Source of the DNA: Lentisphaerae bacterium GWF2_50_93
GTDB taxonomy: Bacteria; Verrucomicrobiota; Lentisphaeria; Victivallales; GWF2-50-93
Direction: 5' to 3'
Length of the DNA: 64,000 nt
NCBI GenBank assembly: GCA_001804815.1
Contig: MHBI01000056.1
Location: 28,802-92,801 of the forward strand
Positions 46,467 to 55,087 of this stretch are shown here, piece after piece; within the stretch, counting starts at the first letter, position 1; each line of letters opens with the position of its first letter. The position numbers and the translations under genes were made by a program. Under the pieces are notes generated by a model. The model saw only the letters and a program-made list of their open reading frames with translations. It was not told the origin of the DNA and made no database searches.

Positions 46467-46769
46467 CGAAAGGCTGTTTCGCTCGAGAGCATATGCCCGT
46501 GCACGTGAAGCTGCCTACATCTCAAACGTGTTCGGTTGCAAGGGACAGGAAATAGGCCTGCTTCGGATTAAAGCCTGTCACTGCCTGGAGACCATGCTTG
46601 AGGATGTTTCCCTTGCGAAAGCTAACACTTGTCTGTTTGCCTTCAAATTATCAGTCCGGGACTTCAGGATTCCCCGTCTTGGGCAAAACTTCCTGTGACA
46701 CGGACGAATTTGAGAAATCCGCAATTTGAAGTATATTATTGGTTGTAAGTGAAAACGGAGTAAGATTTC

Positions 46770-46985
46770 ATGAAAAATGCTATGACAATCGATAATGTTC
46801 TTGAGATAGCTCGGAAACTGCCAATCCAGGATCAGGAAGAATGCGTTTATCTCATCTCGAGGAGGATAATTGAAGAGAAACGGAAAAAGCTTTTAGTTGA
46901 GGTTCGCAAGGCTGAAACGGAATACAGTTCAGGAAAAGCAAAACGAGCAACCGTTGACGGAATAATGAAGGAAATTCTTTCTTGA
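46770..46985 (+). CDS. Type II antitoxin (partner of the RelE/ParE-like toxin)
   Basis: 71-aa ORF overlapping the toxin gene by 4 nt (ATGA). It has a charged helical C-terminus. Confidence 0.65.
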   Translation: MKNAMTIDNVLEIARKLPIQDQEECVYLISRRIIEEKRKKLLVEVRKAETEYSSGKAKRATVDGIMKEILS

Positions 46986-47263
46986 AAAGAAATCTCGTAA
47001 ATAGCCCCTCCTTTGTAAGAGCGGCTAAAAAATATATAAAGAAGAATCCGGATAAGACGGAAGATTTTAAAACAGCACTCGAAAAACTCTCCGAAAATGC
47101 ATTTGACCCTTCATTGAAAACACACAAGCTTTCTGGAATTCTTGCTGGCCGCTGGGCTTGTTCGGTCGGATATGATTTGCGGATAATCTTCAAATTCGTG
47201 GAAAGTGATGGCAGGGAAAATATTTTGCTTCTGACCGTTGGAACACATGACGAAGTGTACTGA
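46982..47263 (+). CDS. RelE/ParE-superfamily toxin (type II TA mRNA interferase-like)
   Basis: 93 aa. ...LKTHKLSGILAGRWACSVGYDLRIIFKFVE...ILLLTVGTHDEVY is the typical RelE/ParE C-terminal pattern. Confidence 0.8.
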   Translation: MKRNLVNSPSFVRAAKKYIKKNPDKTEDFKTALEKLSENAFDPSLKTHKLSGILAGRWACSVGYDLRIIFKFVESDGRENILLLTVGTHDEVY

Positions 47264-47954
47264 AGGGGATTTTATTTTGGAAATCTGGGCGGCAATAGAC
47301 CTTTCGGGAAAAGAAGCCTGTTTTTCGGCAGGAGCATATCCTGAAAGACGGCAAATGATCTGCGAATCTTTCGCCATGAAAGGGCGGGATTCCTCGTCCC
47401 TCCTTCCTAAGATTGAAGAATTGCTAAGGACGAATTCTCTATCAGTGAACGATATCTCGAGATGGACCGCAGGTACCGGCCCAGGCAATTATACTGGCCT
47501 CAGGATCGTATCCTCCCTTGTATCCGGGATTGTTTTTGGAAGAGATAGTGTTTTCTGCAGGGGAATCCCTTCTGCCAATGCTATCCTGTCTGACATGGCC
47601 ACATCGGAAAATGAAAATGCCGCGGTGGTCTATCCCTTTGAACCTGGAAAGGTTTTTGTCTTCTGCGGAACCCGCAGGAATGGAAGTATATTTCGGAACA
47701 TGGAGGTAGGCGGAGTTTTTTCCACGGAAGAATTCCTCGAAAAATTATCAGGAATGAAATATGCGGTCCTTGAACGCGATTTACCGGTCCTGTCTGAGCG
47801 CGTGGCGGAAAATGCCGTCAAGGTGTCGGTTTTTCCCGTACAGAATCTTGTTTTCGCATGTCCTGGCAGCTGGGAACGTAATTCCGTGAGGGATTTGATT
47901 TATATGAGGCCAGCCGTTAATGTAGCGCCCATGCAGATACGAACCGAATTATGA
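47238..47954 (+). CDS. tsaB: tRNA t6A37 biosynthesis protein TsaB (YeaZ, M22 peptidase homolog)
   Basis: ILEIWAAIDLS..., ISRWTAGTGPGNYTGLRIVSS. The start is more likely the TTG at 47277, with AAGGGGA 6 nt upstream, which would avoid overlap with the toxin gene. Confidence 0.8.
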   Translation: MEHMTKCTEGDFILEIWAAIDLSGKEACFSAGAYPERRQMICESFAMKGRDSSSLLPKIEELLRTNSLSVNDISRWTAGTGPGNYTGLRIVSSLVSGIVFGRDSVFCRGIPSANAILSDMATSENENAAVVYPFEPGKVFVFCGTRRNGSIFRNMEVGGVFSTEEFLEKLSGMKYAVLERDLPVLSERVAENAVKVSVFPVQNLVFACPGSWERNSVRDLIYMRPAVNVAPMQIRTEL

Positions 47955-47970
47955 AGGAATTTGCCAGATT

Positions 47971-48969
47971 ATGAAGAAAACAATTATTATCTTTGCCTTA
48001 AGCCTCTTTCCGCTGGTCCACGCCGTGCTTTCATCGGCCGACGTCAAGGACAGGCCGAAAGTGGAATTGTTCTATAGTTCGGTGCTGGCGACAGTCAATG
48101 GAGCTCCCGTTACGCTTTATGATGTCATCCTTGAAACGTCGAACGAAGAGCAGAAGCTTGCGATGATCTATAGTGGCGCACAGCTTGTCAAGGAAACCCA
48201 GAAGCTCCGCGCAAAGAAAGTGAAGGAACTTGTCGAAAGAAAGCTTTGTTCTGTCGAGTTCAAGGAGAAGGAATACAAGATTCCCCAGCAGTATGTGGAG
48301 GACATGCTTGACGGTCTTGCGGCGAACATGGCCGGGGGCGACAGGAAGAAGCTTGAGAAGAAAGCGCTTGCAGAAGGACTGACCCTCAATGATCTGAGAA
48401 CGAAGGCGCATGAGAAGTTGGCGGTGGACATCCTTGTTTTTGAATTCTGCTACAGGAATGTATTCATCACCCCCAAGGAGGTGAACGATTATTACCAGAA
48501 GAATGCCTTGGAATTCTCAAAGGCCCCGCAGATTGAACTCCAAGTCCTCCTTCTAAAAAAGGACGGGAAATTCAAGGATGATTTTGATGAGACACTGGGA
48601 AAGATAACTCCAGATGCGGTCAAGGCCGACAAGGAGATATTCACGACTCTTGTCAAACTCTATTCCGAAGGGCCTGATGTCGCAAAGGGCGGAAACATCG
48701 GATGGCTTGAGGAATCAAAGCTCAGGCCTGAATTCGCCGCAGCCATCAAGGATATGGGGAATGCTTCAGTTGCAGGCCCGGTACAGACCAGCGAAGGAGT
48801 TTATTTCATAAGAGTCTGCGACAGGATGGGTGCCAGGTCGAAGGCGTTCGAGGATGTCAGGGACGAGATTTCCGAGAAGCTTACTAAGATTGAAAAAGAG
48901 AAGCGCTATGATTCATATATGAACAGGCTCAAGGAAAAAGCCGTCATCAGATATTTCATAGAAGAATGA
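47971..48969 (+). CDS. Periplasmic peptidyl-prolyl isomerase, SurA/PrsA-like (parvulin domain)
   Basis: Signal peptide, a SurA-N-like helical region, and the parvulin motif GGNIGWLEESKLRPEFAAAI...GPVQTSEGVYFIRV. Confidence 0.8.
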   Translation: MKKTIIIFALSLFPLVHAVLSSADVKDRPKVELFYSSVLATVNGAPVTLYDVILETSNEEQKLAMIYSGAQLVKETQKLRAKKVKELVERKLCSVEFKEKEYKIPQQYVEDMLDGLAANMAGGDRKKLEKKALAEGLTLNDLRTKAHEKLAVDILVFEFCYRNVFITPKEVNDYYQKNALEFSKAPQIELQVLLLKKDGKFKDDFDETLGKITPDAVKADKEIFTTLVKLYSEGPDVAKGGNIGWLEESKLRPEFAAAIKDMGNASVAGPVQTSEGVYFIRVCDRMGARSKAFEDVRDEISEKLTKIEKEKRYDSYMNRLKEKAVIRYFIEE

Positions 48970-48979
48970 AAGGAATTTC

Positions 48980-49933
48980 ATGAACCTGTTGAAAGCACAG
49001 ATAAAAGAATTGGAAAAGCTCAATATACCCTGTTACCGCGAGAAGGATTATGATGCTTTCTGGAAGGGAGTGATGAAGAAAGTTGACTCCCTGCCTCTTA
49101 ATGTCAGAAGCCGGGGAATTGATTATCCGATAGGCAGGATGGACGTCAGGGAACTTACTTTTGAAGGACTTGATGGAACTGAAATTTCGGCCTGGCTTAT
49201 TTTTCCGCCGGAGGCGAGGAAATCCAAAGTCCCTGTGGTAATCCAATACCATGGCGCCGGTGGAAGCAAAGGGGAGCCGGAAAACTACTCGAACTGGATT
49301 CTTCTGGGCGCTGCGGTGATTGCGATAGACTACAGGATGCAGTCCGGAAAGACTGGAACAAAAAGCGGATTTTCAACATGGTCTACAAATGAATGGCTTG
49401 CGATGGGTATCCTCGACAGGGAAGACTCGTATATATACAGGATGATAACCGACTCACTAAGGGCTGTCAAACTGGCGCGCGAAACCAAGGAGATCGATTC
49501 GAAGCGGATTGCAATCACAGGTGGAAGCCAGGGCGGCGGAATGGCGCTTGCCGTAGCCGCATTCGACAATTCAGTCAGGCTCTGCATGGCGGACGTCCCG
49601 TCCAACTGCTGGCTGGAGAAAAGAGTTTTTGCAAGATCCGGAGGTGGAAACCAGATCGCAGAATTCATCAGGAAGCATCCGGAATGCCTTGGACAGGTGA
49701 TGAAGACCCTCAGCTACCTCGACAATCTGAATTCAGCCGAAAGAATAAAGTGCCCTGTCCTGATTTCGTGCGGGCTTAAGGATCCGGTATGCCCTCCTGA
49801 TACGGCATACGCCGTCTACAACAAGATCAGATCCAGCAAGAAGATGATGGCATATCCTTTCAACGAGCATGAAGGCGGCGGGGCCACGCATAGCCGTGAA
49901 AAACTGAAATTCTTCAATCAATACATCAAGTAG
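48980..49933 (+). CDS. Acetylxylan esterase / cephalosporin-C deacetylase family (CE7, AXE1)
   Basis: DYDAFW near the N-terminus, the nucleophile elbow GGSQGGG, and a C-terminal ...HEGG motif. Confidence 0.8.
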   Translation: MNLLKAQIKELEKLNIPCYREKDYDAFWKGVMKKVDSLPLNVRSRGIDYPIGRMDVRELTFEGLDGTEISAWLIFPPEARKSKVPVVIQYHGAGGSKGEPENYSNWILLGAAVIAIDYRMQSGKTGTKSGFSTWSTNEWLAMGILDREDSYIYRMITDSLRAVKLARETKEIDSKRIAITGGSQGGGMALAVAAFDNSVRLCMADVPSNCWLEKRVFARSGGGNQIAEFIRKHPECLGQVMKTLSYLDNLNSAERIKCPVLISCGLKDPVCPPDTAYAVYNKIRSSKKMMAYPFNEHEGGGATHSREKLKFFNQYIK

Positions 49934-49947
49934 GGACGGCATCCCAG

Positions 49948-51591
49948 ATGAAGGTCGAATCCCAGTATACCGTCGGGAAGTATCTCATAAGGCGCCTCCA
50001 GCAGGTAGGGGTGAACCATGTTTTCGGAGTGCCGGGTGACTACGTGCTTTCCTTCTTCAGCATGCTCGAAAAGAGCGAGATAGACCTAGTATGCACCTGC
50101 AATGAGCTCAATGCCGGATATGCAGCAGATGCCTATTCGCGTGTGAATGGAATCGGTGCCGTGTGTGTGACCTATGGGGTCGGAGGCTTCAGCCTTTTGA
50201 ATGCCGTTGTCGGCGCATATGCTGAAAGGGTTCCGATGATCGTCATAAGCGGGGCGCCAAGACTCGCTGAAAGAAGGCATCATCATCTTCTGCATCACAC
50301 CTTCGGAGACATGGACCTGCAGAGCAGGATCTATGAGCAGGCGACAGTTTATTCCGCCGTGCTTTCAAATCCCGCCAGCGCCGGACGCCAGATCGATGAG
50401 GCCATAACCGCGTGCCTGCGAAGCAGACGGCCCGTCTATATTGAAATCCCCATGGACATTGTAAATCTCGCATGCCCCCCGGCCCGGGATATTTCCATTG
50501 ACAGGACGATCCACAGCGATGCCGGCTCTCTTGCAGAGGCCGTGGAGGAGGCGGCGGCAATGATGGACTCCGCGAAGAAACCTGCCATACTCGCAGGAGT
50601 AGAGGTCCACAGGCTGGGGATACGGGATGAACTCCGGAAGTTCATAACGCATGCCGGCATACCTTTCGCCACAAGTCTTCTCGGCAAATCAGTCATCTCC
50701 GAGCGGCATCCGCTTTTCACAGGGATCTACGGAGGGGCCGCAAGCTGGGAGTCCGCGCGTAGGACAGTGCTCGATGCCGACATCCTTTTAAGTCTCGGTG
50801 TCCTGATGACGGACATTGAACTCGGAGGAAGGCGGTCGATCCAGGATCAGTCTAGAATGATTCTTGCCAACTCCGACAATGTGCGGATCAAGCATCACAT
50901 CTATAATCATGTGAGTCTCCAGGATTTCATCAATAGACTTGGACGGAAGATATCCAGGAGGAAAATCACACCTCCGGGAATTAGCTATCCATATGGGAAG
51001 CCGGACAGGAAAATAAATCTTGATGGCTCCGGTCCAATTACGGTCAACGGTTTCTACACCCGGATCAACCGCTTTATCGGGAGGGAGAACATGCTGACGG
51101 CCGATTCCGGCGATTCACTGCTTTCCGCCGCAAATCTTTTCCTGCCTGAAGATGTGATGTTCATCAACCAGTCATTTTACCTTTCAATTGGATATGCCGT
51201 CCCGGCGACGTTGGGAATGTGTCTTGCCATGCCCGGCAAAAGACCGATTGCATTCGTCGGTGACGGGGCTTTCCAGACGACGGCGCAGGAGCTGTCTACA
51301 ATAATAAAGCTTAATCTCAATCCGGTGATTTTCGTCAGCAACAACCAGGGTTATCTCACAGAGAGGCTGCTCAACGAGGATGGGCTTTTCAATGACGTCA
51401 ACGTCTGGAAATACCATAAGCTTGCAGATGTCTTTTCAGGGGGAATCGGGCTCCAGGTCAAGACGAACAGCGAGCTCGAAGATGCGCTTGCTGGAATAAA
51501 ATCCAACCCGGATTCGGCATTTATCGTTGAACTTGTCTTTGACAAATGGGACTGTTCGGAAAATCTGAAACTACTTAAGGAAAGCCTATGA
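49948..51591 (+). CDS. Thiamine-diphosphate-dependent 2-keto-acid decarboxylase (indolepyruvate/phenylpyruvate/pyruvate decarboxylase family)
   Basis: YTVGKYLIRRLQQVGVNHVFGVPGDY, CNELNAGYAADAY, and the ThDP motif GDGAFQTTAQEL...NNQGY. Confidence 0.85.
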   Translation: MKVESQYTVGKYLIRRLQQVGVNHVFGVPGDYVLSFFSMLEKSEIDLVCTCNELNAGYAADAYSRVNGIGAVCVTYGVGGFSLLNAVVGAYAERVPMIVISGAPRLAERRHHHLLHHTFGDMDLQSRIYEQATVYSAVLSNPASAGRQIDEAITACLRSRRPVYIEIPMDIVNLACPPARDISIDRTIHSDAGSLAEAVEEAAAMMDSAKKPAILAGVEVHRLGIRDELRKFITHAGIPFATSLLGKSVISERHPLFTGIYGGAASWESARRTVLDADILLSLGVLMTDIELGGRRSIQDQSRMILANSDNVRIKHHIYNHVSLQDFINRLGRKISRRKITPPGISYPYGKPDRKINLDGSGPITVNGFYTRINRFIGRENMLTADSGDSLLSAANLFLPEDVMFINQSFYLSIGYAVPATLGMCLAMPGKRPIAFVGDGAFQTTAQELSTIIKLNLNPVIFVSNNQGYLTERLLNEDGLFNDVNVWKYHKLADVFSGGIGLQVKTNSELEDALAGIKSNPDSAFIVELVFDKWDCSENLKLLKESL

Positions 51592-52553
51592 TGAAGGAAA
51601 CCATTACTCTGATCGATGCATATTCGCAGATCTACAGGGGGTTCTATGCACTACCGCTGCTTTCGAATTCGAAGGGGCAGTTCACGAATGCAATTTTGGC
51701 AACCGCCAAATTCCTGATTTCGCTGGACAGGGACCATTATTCGCCTTACGGGGCGGTTGTCTTCGACAAGGGCAGGCCCGAGCACCGCATGAAGATAATT
51801 CCTGAGTACAAGGCGCAGCGTCCTCCAATGCCCGAGGAACTCCGGGGGCAGCTGCCGCAGATAAGGGAGCTGGTAGAAGCGTTCGGCTGGAGGATAGTCG
51901 AGAAGGAAGGCCAGGAGGCCGATGACATCATTGCAGCAATAGCCGTGACCTTCAAGGAGAACCAGGTGAGGATCGTAAGTGCCGACAAGGACATAGCCCA
52001 GGTCATCGACGACAGGATAAAGATGCTGATTCCGGACAGGAATGGCGCTGGGGGCTATGTCATCCAGGGGCCTGATGAAGTTCTTGCGAGATTCGCAGTC
52101 AAGCCATCGCAGATCGTGGATTATCTATCGCTCATAGGCGACAGTTCGGACAACATTCCCGGGATTGACGGTGTCGGACCCAAGACTGCGGCCAAGCTCA
52201 TAAGCCAGTTCGGCTCGATAGACAGCCTCCTGTCGAAGCTTGGACAGATAGAAAACGAGAAGCTCCGCGCAAAGATCAGCGGGGCTTCCGAATTCCTGAA
52301 GAAGAACAGACAGATAATCACTCTTGATCTTTCCCTGCCCGACGATTTTCTCAAGGATGTGGAATATTTCCACAAGAGCAAGCCGGATATCGCAAAACTG
52401 AAGGCGATGGCCGACGACCTGGATTTGAAGAGCTTTAAAAAGGAATTGGAGAAAATGGCAGGGGAGGGAAATCAGGTTCCAGCGCCTGCAATTGCGCCTA
52501 AGCCCGCCATGAAGAAAAATGAGGGCATGTTTACGCCTGATCTTTTTGGATGA
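51588..52553 (+). CDS. Stand-alone 5'-3' exonuclease / flap endonuclease (Pol I N-terminal-domain homolog)
   Basis: LIDAYSQIYRGFYAL, EADDIIAA, and the H3TH motif SDNIPGIDGVGPKTAAKLI. There is no polymerase domain. It overlaps the previous gene through ATGA. Confidence 0.85.
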   Translation: MMKETITLIDAYSQIYRGFYALPLLSNSKGQFTNAILATAKFLISLDRDHYSPYGAVVFDKGRPEHRMKIIPEYKAQRPPMPEELRGQLPQIRELVEAFGWRIVEKEGQEADDIIAAIAVTFKENQVRIVSADKDIAQVIDDRIKMLIPDRNGAGGYVIQGPDEVLARFAVKPSQIVDYLSLIGDSSDNIPGIDGVGPKTAAKLISQFGSIDSLLSKLGQIENEKLRAKISGASEFLKKNRQIITLDLSLPDDFLKDVEYFHKSKPDIAKLKAMADDLDLKSFKKELEKMAGEGNQVPAPAIAPKPAMKKNEGMFTPDLFG

Positions 52554-52666
52554 AATCGACGCCTGTCCGATTGAAAAAAAACAGCTGATATTTAATGTAT
52601 TGCAGTCTGGGAATTCCAGCCATCCCGGCGGGGATTTCCAGTTTTCCCCAACAAGAGGATCTTCTT

Positions 52667-53233
52667 ATGAAAAAAATGTTATGCCTATTGATTCTTCTGG
52701 CAGGACTGTTGCTACAGGCTGCCGATCTTCTCCCGGAGCCTCCCAAGGGGTTCATCTGGCGCCAGCTGCCTTTCATAAAGGCTTCCGTCATGATGCCTGA
52801 TGATTGGTTCTTCAGCTTCATTCCGGACAACAAGGAGGAGAAATACATATACCATATTACAAGGGAGAATATTGAGCAGAAGGGGGTTTACGAGTCAGGC
52901 CTGGACTTCAGGGTCATGCGGGGCGTTCCTGTGAAAACCAAAGGCAAGCTGCCTTCCGAATATTCGGCTTCAGCAGTCAGCGAGACCGAGAAAATAGTGA
53001 AGTTCACGAAGAAATGGGAGGAGACAAAAGGCATCTTCAAGGAAATCGGATTCATGTATGTTGCGTCCGATGAAAAAGAGAGTACAACTATCTATAGGCT
53101 ATACATATCGAATGACAAGACCGGTACTGTTTATGTCCTGACTTTTGAAGGACCGACAAAAGTCTGGGACGAACTGTGGAAGAACGTCGGCGAAGTTATC
53201 TTCAAAAACATGTCAATTGATGAAAGTATCTAG
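52667..53233 (+). CDS. Secreted hypothetical protein
   Basis: Signal peptide MKKMLCLLILLAGLLLQAA beginning at the ATG at 52667. No motif recognised. Confidence 0.6.
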   Translation: MKKMLCLLILLAGLLLQAADLLPEPPKGFIWRQLPFIKASVMMPDDWFFSFIPDNKEEKYIYHITRENIEQKGVYESGLDFRVMRGVPVKTKGKLPSEYSASAVSETEKIVKFTKKWEETKGIFKEIGFMYVASDEKESTTIYRLYISNDKTGTVYVLTFEGPTKVWDELWKNVGEVIFKNMSIDESI

Positions 53234-53246
53234 AACACCATAGAAA

Positions 53247-54287
53247 ATGAGTGAAAATATCGACAAGTTCGCTCCTGAAAGCTATCAGGAGGGCCTTCTT
53301 AGGAGTTCCAAGCTTGCCCTGACGTATGATCCTGAAAGGAATTTTGACAACTGGCGTGTTGAAGTGAACCGCAAGTTCAGGGAGCTCCTCGGATTCGATC
53401 TCTTCAAGAAAGTCATTCCCCGCCTGAGGATTGAGCATTCGCAGAACAGGGAATACTTCAAGGAGACGCGTTTCGTCTTTTCCTCAGAAGAGAACGTGGA
53501 TGTCCCGTGCCACCTTCTTGTCCCTTTGAACGGCAAGGCTCCATATCCTCTTGTGATCTGCCTGCAGGGCCATTCAACTGGCATGCATATTTCCCTGGGG
53601 ATTCCGAAATTTGACGGCGACGCCGATAGCATAAGGGGCGACAGGGATTTTGCATTGCAGGCCGTAAGGGAAGGGTATGCCGCACTCGTGATTGAGCAGC
53701 GCTGTTTCGGTGAACGCGGCGACATGCGGCCGAAAGAGAAGAGGGGCATAGGTTCCACATGCCACCATGCGAGCCTGGTCGAGATTCTCCTGGGCAGGAC
53801 CATGGCCGGGGCGAGGATATGGGATGTCTCAAAGGCCATAGACATGATGAAGAACTTTCCTGAGATCGACGCGGACAGGATAGGGTGCATGGGCAATTCG
53901 GGTGGCGGCACAATCACATATTATGCCACCTGCATCGACCCAAGGATTAAAATAGCAATGCCATCATGCTGCTTCTGCACATATGAGGATTCGATCGGTA
54001 AGATCGACCATTGTGCCGATAATTATATACCCGGTATCCTGAAATATTTCGAGATGGCCGATCTTTCATGCCTGATACCAGCCCGTCCGCTCATCATTGT
54101 CGCGGGAAGGAAGGACAATATTTTCCCGTTCGAACACGTTAAGAAGGCATTTGAAAAGGTGCAGGTCATTTATCAGAAGGCCGGAGTCCCGGAAAGATGT
54201 ATTCTTGTCGAAGGAGCTGAAGGGCACCGTTTCTATGCAAAGGAAGCCTGGGCGGAATTCCGCAGGCTTTCCGGCTGGAGCAAGTAA
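53247..54287 (+). CDS. Alpha/beta hydrolase (acetyl-esterase/dienelactone-hydrolase-like)
   Basis: Nucleophile elbow GNSGGG, and later D and H residues (IDHCADNY..., GAEGHRF). Confidence 0.7.
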   Translation: MSENIDKFAPESYQEGLLRSSKLALTYDPERNFDNWRVEVNRKFRELLGFDLFKKVIPRLRIEHSQNREYFKETRFVFSSEENVDVPCHLLVPLNGKAPYPLVICLQGHSTGMHISLGIPKFDGDADSIRGDRDFALQAVREGYAALVIEQRCFGERGDMRPKEKRGIGSTCHHASLVEILLGRTMAGARIWDVSKAIDMMKNFPEIDADRIGCMGNSGGGTITYYATCIDPRIKIAMPSCCFCTYEDSIGKIDHCADNYIPGILKYFEMADLSCLIPARPLIIVAGRKDNIFPFEHVKKAFEKVQVIYQKAGVPERCILVEGAEGHRFYAKEAWAEFRRLSGWSK

Positions 54288-54289
54288 GG

Positions 54290-54316
54290 ACGCCCCCTGG
54301 GCGTAGCAGGATTTTT
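54290..54316 (+). terminator. Weak intrinsic terminator candidate after the hydrolase gene
   Basis: acgccc-cct-gggcgt followed by ...ggattttt. Confidence 0.4.
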
Positions 54317-54520
54317 GCTGTGGAAGATAAATCAAATGAAGCATCAGGAAGTGCTTTTACTGCCAATGCCCATGTTCTCGGATTATTTTCTTACATTGCT
54401 CGGTGCAGTCATGAAAGACAAGAAATACTGCGAGCATCTCAAAACGCAGCATTACGAACTTAACCCCGTATGGCAGGTGAATATTGCTCAGAAGAAATAT
54501 TCTTTCAACAAATTCCTGTC

Positions 54521-54565
54521 CTGATATATTTTCTTCAAGGCGATACGCCTGGAAGAAAATATCAG
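54521..54565. terminator. Strong bulged hairpin (~19 bp) containing the ycfL-like stop codon
   Basis: ctgatatattttcttcaaggcg-ata-cgcctggaagaaaatatcag. No U-tract follows. Confidence 0.45.
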
Positions 54566-54984
54566 TCGATATACTTGGTCATCAGCTTGAAGTCCTTGCA
54601 TCTCTCATTGGGGGAAACCGCTGACAGGAAGAATTCCTCGCCTCCGTAGACATCCTTTTCAATCCAGGTAGTGGCGGCAGTTGCAACTTCCATGCCGGAT
54701 TCATTGAACCATTGGAACCTGTAGGCGAACTTGAAGTCCGACTTGCGCACGTTCTTGAACGTAACCTGCACCTTGAGCAGCCCGCCGGCGATTTCCTGCT
54801 TGTCGACGCTTGTAACCTGCAGCCTGTTGTCCAGTGCTGAATCAGTTATGACTCGCTTGTTCCTTACAAAGTCCTTTTCCATTACTTTGTCGGTGTTCTC
54901 AACCGAATTCACCGGTGAGTTGCATGCGGGAAGAAGAAGCACGAACGCAAGAGCTGGAATCGCTAGAAGTTTCATTGGTTCCAT
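54562..54984 (-). CDS. YcfL/DUF1425-family lipoprotein
   Basis: Lipobox LLLPAC. LQVTSVDKQEIAGGLLKVQVTFKNVRKSDFKFAYRFQWFNESGMEV matches the YcfL beta-sandwich pattern. Confidence 0.7.
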   Translation of the reverse strand: MEPMKLLAIPALAFVLLLPACNSPVNSVENTDKVMEKDFVRNKRVITDSALDNRLQVTSVDKQEIAGGLLKVQVTFKNVRKSDFKFAYRFQWFNESGMEVATAATTWIEKDVYGGEEFFLSAVSPNERCKDFKLMTKYID

Positions 54985-55050
54985 TGGTTCACCTCATATT
55001 TACATGATTTAAGATAATATAATCCAAGCATCGCTCAATATCCAACAGTT

Positions 55051-55087
55051 ATAAATTCCGGCATGGGAACTCCATGCCGGAATTTAT
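55051..55087. terminator. Perfect ~16-bp hairpin between the TPR-lipoprotein gene and the ycfL-like gene; it contains the upstream gene's stop codon
   Basis: ataaattccggcatgg-gaac-tccatgccggaatttat. Confidence 0.45.

Noticed and set aside
46590-46625. Cobalamin riboswitch, suggested by a B12-box-like GCCTGGAGACC
   Set aside because: Only a partial B12-box resemblance. The other conserved elements (GCCACTG, GGGAAGGC, and the 5' GGTGAAA region) are missing, and the downstream genes are a TA pair.
54315-54524. 69-aa ORF between the hydrolase gene and the ycfL-like gene
   Set aside because: It has a TTG start and no convincing Shine-Dalgarno sequence for it or for the internal ATG at 54336. No motif is present. 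It could be a real small gene, but I cannot support it.
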